64,000 bases of DNA from Salinivirgaceae bacterium (GTDB lineage: Bacteria > Bacteroidota > Bacteroidia > Bacteroidales > SZUA-534): NCBI GenBank assembly GCA_024405635.1, contig JAKSOL010000005.1, positions 32,001-96,000 on the forward strand. The letters run 5' to 3'. Shown here piece after piece: positions 47,593 through 57,800 of this stretch. The first letter of the stretch is position 1, and each line of letters begins with the position of its first letter. The notes below the pieces were generated by a model. It made no database searches, was not told the origin of the DNA, and saw only the letters and a list, made by a program, of their open reading frames with translations. Position numbers and translations under genes: made by a program.

Positions 47593-48465
47593 CTATTTAG
47601 CTTGAGCAGCCAAACGGTTAATCAACATTGGGAATGCAGTTTCAAAATCGACGCCATAATTATTGTGTGGTTCATGAGAAAGAGTTTGCTTAATTGACTC
47701 AACCACAAAATCGCCAGCAAGGGCATACGAGTCGTGCAACGATAGGCCACGCATCATGGCGCCAGTAAGAACGCTGGCAAAAATATCGCCAGTGCCATGG
47801 AAACTTTGCGATTGTTTTTCGTGGAAATACCAATCAATTTCGCCAGTTGTTGAATCAAGCGATGCAATACCAATTTTTCCTACCACGTTGCTCAATCCAG
47901 GTTGCTCGGCATCAAAAACTACGCCTTTAAGCACAACTTTTTTTGCACCAAGAGCAGCAAGTTTGTGCAACACATCTTTAACATATTCAACATTGTAACC
48001 GCTTGCAACGTAAGGAGTTTGCAACATAAACGAAGCCTCAGTAAGGTTTGGTACAACAATATCGGCTTTTGAGCAAAGTTTTGCCATTTCAAGCGCAAAT
48101 TCTTGGGTAAAGCCAGGATAAAGGCTTCCATTGTCGGCCATACATGGGTCAATAACCTTAAGAGCACCTTCGGCACCAAATTTGTCAATAAACTCGCTCA
48201 TAAGGTTCAACTGTTCAAACGAGCCAAGGTAACCTGTGTAAATTGCATCGAATTTAATTCCCTCGTTAAGCCAATGTTCCCAAATTGGGCGAATTTGGTC
48301 GGTAAGGTCATCAAATGTAAAACCTTTGAACATGGTGTGAGTTGACAATACGGCGGTTGGGATTATTGCGGTTTCGACACCCATTGCCGAAATGATTGGC
48401 AATGCAACTGTAAGCGAGCATTTGCCTACGCACGATACATCTTGAATAGTTACAATTCGTTTCAT
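47593..48465 (-). CDS. pdxK: Pyridoxal/pyridoxamine kinase
   Basis: QDVSCVGKCSL, LSTHT, YTGYLGS, DPCMAD, PNLTEA, HGTGDIFAS. Confidence 0.9.
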   Translation of the reverse strand: MKRIVTIQDVSCVGKCSLTVALPIISAMGVETAIIPTAVLSTHTMFKGFTFDDLTDQIRPIWEHWLNEGIKFDAIYTGYLGSFEQLNLMSEFIDKFGAEGALKVIDPCMADNGSLYPGFTQEFALEMAKLCSKADIVVPNLTEASFMLQTPYVASGYNVEYVKDVLHKLAALGAKKVVLKGVVFDAEQPGLSNVVGKIGIASLDSTTGEIDWYFHEKQSQSFHGTGDIFASVLTGAMMRGLSLHDSYALAGDFVVESIKQTLSHEPHNNYGVDFETAFPMLINRLAAQAK

Positions 48466-48492
48466 TGTTGTTTATTGATTTTTTTTGATGCG

Positions 48493-48500
48493 CAAAATTA
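48493..48500 (-). promoter_or_regulatory. -7 promoter box for pdxK
   Basis: TAATTTTG on the minus strand, 27 bp upstream of the ATG. Confidence 0.65.
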
Positions 48501-48551
48501 CGCCTATGCCAATAGCCAACACTTCTATATTTCGCAACTATATTTACATAT

Positions 48552-49292
48552 TTAGGAACAAAGTTCCATTTCGTATTTAAGATCGGCGCGGTTGTACGAT
48601 GGCACAAAGCCTTGCACCTTTGAAAAGCCCATTGTTTGGTACAAATGATTTGCAGCATGCAAACTGCTGTTTGTTTCAAGCACTATTCGGCTGATGCCTT
48701 TATTTCGTGCATAATTGATAATTGAATTGATAAGTTTTTTGCCCAAACCTTGGTTTTGACAATTTGGGCTTACTGCCAATTTGGTAAGTTCATATTCGCC
48801 ATCGGCAGGACGAAACATAAGTGCCACGCAACCAACTACTTCGTTATTAATTTTAGCAACCAAAATATGTCCGCCCAAATCAATTATATGTTGCTGCGGA
48901 TTGGTTAAAACGTCAATATCGTGTTGTTCAACCACAAAGTATTTTTCAATCCACTGGCGATTAAGTCGTTCAAAGTCTGGTTGAAATTTAGGATTCCAGT
49001 CTTCAATAATAATTTCGTTCATTTTGTTTCCGCGTTTTTCAACAAAGCACCAAAGTTTATACATCAAAAAGCCCCACACCAAAAACAGAACAATGTGCAC
49101 CCAGCGCGGCACAATGGTTACATAGGTACTTGTGTCAAAACGCTCAACATTTGGAATATCGGCATAAAAATAAGCACCCGCACCAAAATCAAGTTCGTCA
49201 ATCAGCCCAAGCCGATTGGCCATTATATAAAAAGCAATAAGCAGAATCACAATACCAACAACGGTGGTTGCAATTCTGCTTATCGTTTTCAT
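48552..49292 (-). CDS. Two-TM small domain fused to a GNAT N-acetyltransferase
   Basis: N-terminal ~90 aa has two TMs and DFGAGAYFYADIP. From internal Met (ATG 49022): FERLNRQWIEKYF, ELTKLAV..QNQGLGKKL, LETN, AANHLYQTMGF. Confidence 0.8.
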   Translation of the reverse strand: MKTISRIATTVVGIVILLIAFYIMANRLGLIDELDFGAGAYFYADIPNVERFDTSTYVTIVPRWVHIVLFLVWGFLMYKLWCFVEKRGNKMNEIIIEDWNPKFQPDFERLNRQWIEKYFVVEQHDIDVLTNPQQHIIDLGGHILVAKINNEVVGCVALMFRPADGEYELTKLAVSPNCQNQGLGKKLINSIINYARNKGISRIVLETNSSLHAANHLYQTMGFSKVQGFVPSYNRADLKYEMELCS

Positions 49293-49306
49293 TTTAAGTA
49301 GATTTT

Positions 49307-50713
49307 TTAATCAAGCACAGGAACATTGAAGAATGTGCCCGAAAGCAAGAACCAAACAGCAAAGAAGGTTAGCGCAATGTTAAATACTTGACCAGCAATG
49401 TATAGCCAAAGTACTTTGCCGCCTTGCATTTGTTTAACAATTTGGCGGAAGTTTGTGTCAAGGCCAATGCTAGTGAACGCTAACACAAATGCCCAGTTTT
49501 TATATTGGTCAAGCACTTTGTTTATTTTGCCTACCTCAGCAGCGCAATCAACGCCAAACCATTGTTGTCCGTAGGTTACAAGCAACGATGCAATGATTGA
49601 TGCAACAAAGAAACCAATGATGAATTTTGGGAAACGATACCAAATTTCGGCAGCACCAACTTTGTTGCCTTCGTTTTTGTTTACATAAGTTGCAAAGAAC
49701 AAAGCCACAAAAAAGGCGATGAAACCAATAAGAATGTTTTGAATTGATTTAACCAACACTGCTGCAGTTTGAGCCTCGGCTCCTAATGCTGTACCAGCTA
49801 CCACAACGGCACCAGTACTATCAACAGTTCCTCCAATGAGCGAGCCTCCCATAATTGGCGACATGCCTACGGCTTTAATTATCATTGGTTCAAATACCAT
49901 CATTAGCACAGTAAAGATGATTGATATTGAAACGGCCAACGAAAGGTCGGTTTTTTTGGCTCCCGAAGCTGCTCCGGTTGCAATGGCTGCACTTGTACCG
50001 CAAACGCTAGTTGCTGCAGCTAAGGTAATTACCAATGGTTTGTTGCCTATTTTGAATACACGGGTGCCTAACCACCACATAAAAATGATTACCACTGGGG
50101 TTACAATCCAAGCGATACCCAAACCATAAAGGCCAAATTTGGCAATGTTTGAGAATAAAACTGAAAAGCCCATTATTACCAAACCGCTCTTAATGTAAAA
50201 TTCGGTTTTAATAGCTGGTTTTAACCAAGCAGGAACGCCAACTGTGTTTGAAATAAGCAAGCCTAAAATCAATGCCCAAAATGCCCATTCCAAATAACGG
50301 TTAAAGGTAAATTCAGCGCTTACCAAACGAACAATAAGACTCAACACAAATAGCACCACAAATGCTGGAATGTATTTTTTTACGCTCTCGCCTTGCAATT
50401 TTGCGCCAATGGTAAATAGCAAACCAAGTACTCCAAAAGTTACAAAAGTTTTTATCCAAAATTCGCCTCGAACAAATTGGTCGCTCAATGGCATTAGTTT
50501 TGCTTTTGCAATTTGGTCGGGAGTAAGGTTTTCCCACAATTGCCATTTGCTGAAATTTAGGGCTGAGAAATTAAACCAACCTGTAAAATGTGCCAAACAA
50601 GCTACTGCTATTACAATAAAGCCAATCCAGCATGCTAACCAATCTTCTTTTCGCCAAAGGTCTGAAATGTTGGACTTTCCAACAGTTACCACATCAGAAT
50701 TTTTTTCTGTCAT
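49307..50713 (-). CDS. YeiH / putative sulfate exporter family transporter
   Basis: EDWLACWIG, ALILGLLISN, SVCGTSAAIA, GGTVDSTGAV, FPKFIIGF, SIGLDT. Confidence 0.88.
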   Translation of the reverse strand: MTEKNSDVVTVGKSNISDLWRKEDWLACWIGFIVIAVACLAHFTGWFNFSALNFSKWQLWENLTPDQIAKAKLMPLSDQFVRGEFWIKTFVTFGVLGLLFTIGAKLQGESVKKYIPAFVVLFVLSLIVRLVSAEFTFNRYLEWAFWALILGLLISNTVGVPAWLKPAIKTEFYIKSGLVIMGFSVLFSNIAKFGLYGLGIAWIVTPVVIIFMWWLGTRVFKIGNKPLVITLAAATSVCGTSAAIATGAASGAKKTDLSLAVSISIIFTVLMMVFEPMIIKAVGMSPIMGGSLIGGTVDSTGAVVVAGTALGAEAQTAAVLVKSIQNILIGFIAFFVALFFATYVNKNEGNKVGAAEIWYRFPKFIIGFFVASIIASLLVTYGQQWFGVDCAAEVGKINKVLDQYKNWAFVLAFTSIGLDTNFRQIVKQMQGGKVLWLYIAGQVFNIALTFFAVWFLLSGTFFNVPVLD

Positions 50714-50800
50714 AATTTTAGTTTTTTTGCACTTGCCGATTTAATAGTGTAAAAGACTAACAATCAACAAATTAAGTTATTAAAATAATTATTTGCGTTG

Positions 50801-50808
50801 CAAATATA
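50801..50808 (-). promoter_or_regulatory. -7 promoter box for the YeiH-family gene
   Basis: TATATTTG(C) on the minus strand. Confidence 0.55.
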
Positions 50809-50938
50809 AATGTAAGCGCGAATACAACGTATCAAGTGACTCAAAATCAGCAAAAAATAGGTAAAAGTACTCCCCTACTTTATACTTGTTACTACCATTT
50901 CAAGCAATGGTTTGCTGTTTTGAAACGACATGTATCTC

Positions 50939-50976
50939 AAAAAAAAAGCGCCTTTGGTTGCAATACCAAAAGCGCT
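50939..50976 (-). terminator. Terminator after the hybrid kinase gene
   Basis: Minus strand reads AGCGCTTTTGGT..ACCAAAGGCGCT followed by a T run. Confidence 0.85.
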
Positions 50977-51025
50977 GAACAAAAGTTTTTTTCATTGCCG
51001 ACTATTCGGCATATTGTTTTGGCAA

Positions 51026-53353
51026 TCAATTAGTTGGTTGATTGATTTTAGATTCAATAAAGTTTAAAATATCAACCCCATTGAGCGGAACTCGCAAGAA
51101 ATCGGAAAAACCAGCATTTAATATATTTTGTACTTCTTCTTTTAAATCGAAGTGCGAGTATGTAACCATAGGAGGCAGGTTGCTCAATCCATTAAGTTGC
51201 TCAATTATTTCAATTGCGGTATCTGATTTTTGGTAAAAATCTACCATTACCAAATCGGCGTTTTCGTTGTTGGATAAGTAGTGTAAAAGTTCGTTTCCAT
51301 TTTTCAGCCACACGTAATTAATGTTGGTAAATCTTACCATTTTTTCAATGTGATGCGCATCAATATCATCAGCGGTAACATGAACAATTGTTCGGTTTTG
51401 CCATTGATAGTTTGAACATAATTGCTTCATGCGTTCAAGAATTGTGTCTGTGTAGTTGGTTGATATAGGGAAATTGATAAAGAACACCGAACCTTTATTA
51501 GGTTTTGACAAAACGTGAATTTTTCCACCGAGTTGTTCCACAATCATTTGGCTCAGTGTCAGGCCAAGACCGGCGCCTTCGCCAGCTTCAGTATAGTTAT
51601 GGCGCTCAACCTTACCAAATAGGGCAAATATAGTGTTGTGCATTTCGGCGGGAATACCAATTCCCGAATCTTGTACAAACAATTCAACTTTGTTCTCGCG
51701 TATGTCGCACAAACCTATTTTAACTACGCCTTTGGCGCTAAATTTTATAGCATTATCTATTAATTGGCGCAGAACTATGCGAAAGTTATAGGTGTCGGTT
51801 TCAACAATAATATCGTTAAAAATGGTAGGCAAATCGCAAACTAAATCAATTTGTCCCGATAGCACTTTTTCGTTGTTTTTATACAGTTTAATAACGCCCT
51901 CAACTTGTTGATATAGGTTACATTTTTCTTTTTTTAAGAAAAGTTGTTTTGTCTCAAGTTCCGATATTTTAATCACATTATCGATGGTGGACATAAACTG
52001 TGTACCACTACTAACAATCATATCGCAAAAATCCTCGCGTTCGCTTTGTGTAATATCGGGGTCGGCAAGCATGTTGCTATATCCAATAATGCTACGAATA
52101 GGGAGCAGCAAGTCGTTGTTCATATTGCGCAACAGGGTGGCTTTTAGCCGGTCGGCATCTTCGGCACGTGTACGTGCTTGGGTTAAGAAGAATTGGTTGC
52201 GTTGTTGTGTTATGTAGCACGACAAGATATTGGCCAAAACCATCATGTTTTCAATATCGAGACTCTTGACATTGTATGTCGAGTTGGTTTCAATTAACAA
52301 ATAGCCGTTGAATTGGGTTTCTTTGGTTGCGTCGTAAATTGGGAACGCATAGTGGTTCACCATTTTATTTGTTATGCCAAATAGTTTTCGTGTTTTTGGC
52401 ATCATTTTATAGTCGCGCGGCCCACTAATGTATGGATAGTTTGCAAAGATTTCGTCAAACTCGGGATTTTCAATGTGATTTATTATGCATTGTTCTTCGT
52501 CATATTTATTTATTTGGGGAGCTGCATATTGGTATTTTATAACGCTCTTGTCTTTTATTCTAACATAAACCACAAAACGTTTTAGATGCAATCCTTCGCA
52601 AAGAGAGATGGTGGCAGGAGTAAGGCTATCGTCGGTATAGCCCGATTGCGACACTATTGATACAATGGTATTAACTGCACGATTTATGGTTATTGTTTTC
52701 TGCAGTTGAGCTTTCATTTCGGCAATTTCGGTTATGTCCGAAATTTTTATAATGATGCGACCATCGGCACAACCTCTGATGCTGATGCGTAACATTCGGC
52801 CCAAGTTTTTTGCATCGAAAATGCGCATTTTGAGCAACGACTCGTCAACGATATTTGGCACCAGAATAAGAACATTGCTCTTAATATATTCAGAGAGTGT
52901 GTGGCCTATGCAGTTTTGATTTTCAACGTTTATCACATTAAAAACATTGCCGCTAGCGTAGTCAATTCGCCAACCTAAAATAGACATATCGTCGTCAGTG
53001 CGCGACAGCACAAGCAAGCATTGTCCGGTATTGATTTCAAATCCTTTAAAAATATCGACATTGCTTAATCGCAATAAAATTAAGCCTTCAGACTCTGGCA
53101 ACAACATTGAAGCGCAAGCATCAACTTGTTTTTCAATAGAATTGTTGCTCAAGGTTAAACTAAACGTTACGCTATTGTCGGTTGTTAGTTTTGAAAGATG
53201 AGAATTAAATTCTTGAAGCCCTGATTGGCTCAAATGTTGCTCAAATGTTGTTCCAACGACACTGCAACTAAAAAAATCGAAGGCCGATTTTGAGGCAGAA
53301 ATAATGCTGCCGTTTTTTAGGATTAACTCACACGAATCGCACGCGGTACCCAT
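51026..53353 (-). CDS. Soluble hybrid histidine-kinase-like protein (PAS/GAF-like, HisKA, HATPase, REC) with degenerate H-box
   Basis: HATPase boxes DNAIKF, DSGIGI, GAGLGL; HisKA helix NMNNDLLLP lacks His; REC-like C-terminus DLVMVD. Confidence 0.85.
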   Translation of the reverse strand: MGTACDSCELILKNGSIISASKSAFDFFSCSVVGTTFEQHLSQSGLQEFNSHLSKLTTDNSVTFSLTLSNNSIEKQVDACASMLLPESEGLILLRLSNVDIFKGFEINTGQCLLVLSRTDDDMSILGWRIDYASGNVFNVINVENQNCIGHTLSEYIKSNVLILVPNIVDESLLKMRIFDAKNLGRMLRISIRGCADGRIIIKISDITEIAEMKAQLQKTITINRAVNTIVSIVSQSGYTDDSLTPATISLCEGLHLKRFVVYVRIKDKSVIKYQYAAPQINKYDEEQCIINHIENPEFDEIFANYPYISGPRDYKMMPKTRKLFGITNKMVNHYAFPIYDATKETQFNGYLLIETNSTYNVKSLDIENMMVLANILSCYITQQRNQFFLTQARTRAEDADRLKATLLRNMNNDLLLPIRSIIGYSNMLADPDITQSEREDFCDMIVSSGTQFMSTIDNVIKISELETKQLFLKKEKCNLYQQVEGVIKLYKNNEKVLSGQIDLVCDLPTIFNDIIVETDTYNFRIVLRQLIDNAIKFSAKGVVKIGLCDIRENKVELFVQDSGIGIPAEMHNTIFALFGKVERHNYTEAGEGAGLGLTLSQMIVEQLGGKIHVLSKPNKGSVFFINFPISTNYTDTILERMKQLCSNYQWQNRTIVHVTADDIDAHHIEKMVRFTNINYVWLKNGNELLHYLSNNENADLVMVDFYQKSDTAIEIIEQLNGLSNLPPMVTYSHFDLKEEVQNILNAGFSDFLRVPLNGVDILNFIESKINQPTN

Positions 53354-53543
53354 AGTTTTTCAAAAATAGTTTGGTTTGCGGGCTTAAATTACAATTTTTA
53401 TTGATGTACAAGATCAGCAAGCATTCGCAAAAGAGGTTGCATTTTTGAGTTCGTATTTCTAAGTGTGACAAAATACATATTTGAAGTGTCTAATTGCATT
53501 AAGCAATTTGATTGATGACAATGTGTAATTATCAGTGGTTTAG

Positions 53544-53551
53544 TATTTTTG
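53544..53551 (+). promoter_or_regulatory. -7 promoter box for the DUF3078 gene
   Basis: TATTTTTG(C), 17 bp upstream of ATG 53569. Confidence 0.7.
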
Positions 53552-53568
53552 CAACCGAAAAAAAATTT

Positions 53569-54558
53569 ATGAAAAAGATGAAAAAGATTAATCGTTTTGT
53601 GGTAATGGCATTAGCAATGGCCGCTCCACTATTGGGAAATGCCCAAGTAACCGAACTTGAAGGCAAACTTCGTACACAAAATACCGACACTACTGAGGGT
53701 TGGAAAGTTGATGGAGTTTTTTCGCTTACAGCATCGCAAACATCGCTAACTAACTGGGCAGCTGGCGGCAACAACAGCGTTTCGGGCAATGCTTTGTTTA
53801 GCATTCATGCAAACTACATTAAAAGCAAAAACACTTGGGAAAACTCGCTTGACCTTGGTTATGGTATTATGAAACAAGGCGAGGAAGAAAACTTCCGCAA
53901 GACCGATGACCGCGTTGATTTCCTTTCAAAATATGGACGCGAGGCTATAAAGAACTTTTACTACTCGGCTATGTTGAACTTTAAAACCCAAATGTATGTA
54001 GGTAAACAATATGGCGACGACACAATAAAGATTTCGAACTTTTTGGCTCCTGCTTACGTTGTTGGCGCTATTGGTATGGATTACAAACCAAACAACCACT
54101 TCAGCGCATTTATTGCTCCTTTTACATCAAAAACCACCATTGTTAACGACCAATCGTTAGCCGACCGCGGTTTGTTTGGTGTTAAAGCTGCTGTTCGCGA
54201 CGAAGATGGCACAAAGATTAAAGACGGTGAAAAAATATTTAGCGAGTTTGGTGGTTACATTCGCCTTATCTACACTCGCAGCGACTTTGAGGCCGAATTC
54301 CTTAAAAACGTAACCTTTACCACTAAAGCCGACTTTTTCTCAAACTACTTAAATGAACCTCAAAACATTGACGTTAGCTGGGAAACTCAAATAACAATGA
54401 AGGTGAACAAATTCATAACCTTGTCGCTTAACACTCACTTAATGTACGACGACAACATTCACACCTTTAAAACCGATGCCGATGGCAACAAAGTTGAGCA
54501 CGGAGCTAAAGTGCAATTCAAAGAGATTGCTGGTGTTGGAATCCAATACAAATTCTAA
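53569..54558 (+). CDS. DUF3078-family outer-membrane beta-barrel protein
   Basis: Signal peptide; SQTSLTNWAAGG, RKTDD, FLAPAY, FSNYL..PQNIDVSWE; ends in YKF. Confidence 0.88.
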   Translation: MKKMKKINRFVVMALAMAAPLLGNAQVTELEGKLRTQNTDTTEGWKVDGVFSLTASQTSLTNWAAGGNNSVSGNALFSIHANYIKSKNTWENSLDLGYGIMKQGEEENFRKTDDRVDFLSKYGREAIKNFYYSAMLNFKTQMYVGKQYGDDTIKISNFLAPAYVVGAIGMDYKPNNHFSAFIAPFTSKTTIVNDQSLADRGLFGVKAAVRDEDGTKIKDGEKIFSEFGGYIRLIYTRSDFEAEFLKNVTFTTKADFFSNYLNEPQNIDVSWETQITMKVNKFITLSLNTHLMYDDNIHTFKTDADGNKVEHGAKVQFKEIAGVGIQYKF

Positions 54559-54589
54559 TTGGTTAGAATTTAATAATAGATTATTACTT

Positions 54590-54631
54590 AAAACAATCAC
54601 CGTTGAGCCATTCAGCGGTGATTGTTTTTTT
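54590..54631 (+). terminator. Terminator after the DUF3078 gene
   Basis: AAACAATCACCGTTGA / TCAGCGGTGATTGTTT plus a T run. Confidence 0.85.
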
Positions 54632-54816
54632 ATGGTTTATTGACTGATTGGCTGTTAGTCTTTGACCATTAGAGTTTGTTTAGAATCAATAACTTATAGC
54701 CCATTAATCTCTAATAATTAGCCATTAAAAGCATTACAAACTCGCTCTTTACAAGCGCTGGCAACTATTACTCTTGACCGTTTGCTAATCGACTAAAAGC
54801 CTTTAGTTATTAGCCA

Positions 54817-54862
54817 TAAAAAAGCCCCCCAAAAGTTTGTTCAACCTTTGAGGGGCTTTTTA
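54817..54862 (-). terminator. Terminator after the giant T9SS gene
   Basis: TAAAAAAGCCCCCCAAAAG / CTTTGAGGGGCTTTTTA. Confidence 0.8.
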
Positions 54863-54881
54863 TTTTTCGCCTACACCGTTG

Positions 54882-57800
54882 TTACAATTTCACAATCTTT
54901 TGATTCATAACAACATTGCTGCTTGTGTATTGCAAAATATACAGTCCACGAGGTAGATTGCTTATGTCGATTACGCTTGTTGAACCTACAACACTACCCA
55001 GTTTAACCACTTGCCCTGTTTGCGCAAAGATTGCATAATTTCCATCGGCAAGGGACTGGTTAACCTCAATGGTGAATTTGCCGTTTGTTGGGTTGGGCTC
55101 AATGGTCAAATGAGGTTCATCGTTTTGAGCCACAAACTTCACGCAAATGGTTTTACCGGCGTAAGTTGATTGGCCATCGAAATCAACTTGACGCAAGCGG
55201 TAGTACTGATAACCAAACTCTGGATTGTTATCGGTGAACGAGTAATTGATGCGGTTGTTTGATGTGTTTGCGCCATTCACCACGCCTATCAAGGTAAAGT
55301 TCTCGCCATCGGTTGATCGTTCAATTTCAAAACGATTGTTGTTCAATTCGCTCAAAGTGGTCCACGAAACCTCAACAGCATTGCCGTTTTGCTTTGCATC
55401 AAAGTTTACAAGGGTAATTGGCAACGGATTTACCAAACTTGACGAAGCCAAAGCTACAGGGCTATACGAGCTAAACGGAACGGTGCATGTTACTTTGCCG
55501 CCACTGCCATTGCTTGAAGCACTGCCGCCCATATCGTCCCATGATGAGGTTGAGCTATTGTAGTGAGCAACAACCATTGCGCTTGCGTCGTTTATTTGGC
55601 TGGTTGCGTTGTCGTCCCAATATAGACTGATGTAGCTGCTTACACTTGGCGACGAGTTGCAAACAACATCCCAATTATCGATTTGACTAACAGCTAACAA
55701 CGATTCGGCTTTATTTTCAATTTCTTCGCCATCGGGATCATCATTAAATGAGTATCCAACGGTAAACGACCCAACTGAAACTGGATTTACGCCAATCATG
55801 CCGCGGTGGCCATTGTTGCCAATTGGGAACACAAACTCGGTGCCTGCCGCAATATTGTTTTTACGAATTTGTCCGTTAACATAAGCATTAACGGCTGCGC
55901 TAGTTGCTGTGGCTGTGGCGTTTAGAGTAATTAAATTACCGTTTGTTTCAACCTCACCACTAACAAGCGCAAGTGCGCCATTTATGTTCAAATTGGTTTG
56001 CAGCGATGCTCCGTTTGCATTATCAATGGTCAAATTGTTTAGGTTAAAATCGCCGCTGCCGGACAATGTAATTGCAGCACTACCTTGCAATGTTAATGTG
56101 CTTGTTTCGCCGTTTATGGTGCCGTTGTTTTCAATGTTGCCATTAACGGTTAACGCATTGGCGCCAAGACTAAGAGATGCTCCGCTTGCTACGGCAAGGT
56201 TAAAAAACGATGCATCCGACTCAACATTACTTGCGCCATTGAACGATACGGTTGAAGCGTTGCTTGTAAATGTTGCTGCATCGTTGCATTTCCAATCGCC
56301 ATAAACATCAAGTTGGTTGTTGTTTTCAATAGTTAAACCGCCCGACTCTATTTTAACCGATTTAACCTCTGCTGCACTTTTAATAGTTGGTTGGTTGGTA
56401 ACATCGCGAATAATAGCATCGGTTGTGCGCGATGGAACTGCATTGCTAAACCAGTTGCCAGTTTTGCTCCAATCGTTGTCAATGGCACCGCTCCACACGT
56501 AACCTTCGAGCATAGTTTGTGCAAACTGATAATCGGTTGAGCAACCATTGTTGGCTGTAATGGTTACATAACCTTCAACATTGCTGCCAGTTGCTGTCAT
56601 TACTATGTTGCCAAGCGCAGTGCTAGCTACGTTTGTACCGCCATCGGTATAGTTTATGCTGTAATGAGTTGGCATCACTGCAGAATTAACAGTGAATGGC
56701 ACGTCGGTTGGTGCGCCCAAATACAAATCGGGCCAAGTAATGGTAACATTTGGCGACTCTTTAACCGTAAGCGTTTTGTAGCCGCTTGCTGGAATGCGCA
56801 TCTCGCAACCTTGGTTACTTGCAGTAATGTACAGATTAACATTGCCATAGCTGGTCATTTTTACCGTTGTAAAATCAATTGCTGCACCAGTTCCCGACAA
56901 GGTATTACCAACATTCACGTCGTCTTGGTTAAATAGTTTGTAGGTTGTATTTTGCTCAGAGCCCGTTATTGTAACCACGCCTTGATTTCCCTCGCAAACG
57001 GCATCTATATCGGCAATTGTTTGGCTAACTGGACTTGCATACACGTACACCGTTTTTTCTTTATTGCCCGACAGGCGCGAATCGCTCTCCACAACGTTTA
57101 TTGTGTGGCTACCAGCTGCATAGTTGCTCCAATTGATGGTTACAGAACTTGATGTACCAACCTGTGCGCCATCGACATACCATTTGTATGTATGGCCTGC
57201 AACTTGCGATGTTTGGTAAGCAATTACATCGGTTTGGCAAATGTTAACCTCGGCAGTAAACGAAGGTTGAGGGTTTGCAAACATTGTAATTTCGTGAGTT
57301 ACCGAAATAGCACAACCCGTTGATGCCGTTTCTGTAACCTTAAGAACATACAAAGTTCCATCCGCGCTGCCTGTTGTCGGATATTTTACCGTTACCGAGT
57401 TGTTGTTTGGAGTGGTTGTTTGCGGAGCAGTTCCCACCCAGCTCCACGAGTATGTGCTACCTGCGTGATTTTCAACCACGTAAGTTCTGACGTCGTTAAA
57501 TCCGGCAACATCAGAAGCATCAACAAAAACAGGCTCGTAAGCGGCAAGCACATCGATGGTACCTGCTGCTAGTTTTACAACACCGTCAGTCGAGGCATCT
57601 TTTACACTAACCAACTCAATGTTGTAAGTTCCAGCAACCCCACCCAATTGTGCACTGTTGCGAGTAATGGTATAGGTTGAAGCGTTGATGTTTGATTGAG
57701 TAAACTCGCTGCTACCAATTTTGTACTTTAAGGTGAATGGTGCGGTTCCGTACAACGCCACATCGATATTGGCAGTTTGTGTGCCGTCGTTGCATATTGT

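Noticed and set aside
54632-54816. Recurring short (G)CCATTA-like words as a CRISPR or repeat array
   Set aside because: They are too short and irregular, with no constant repeat-spacer period and no cas genes.
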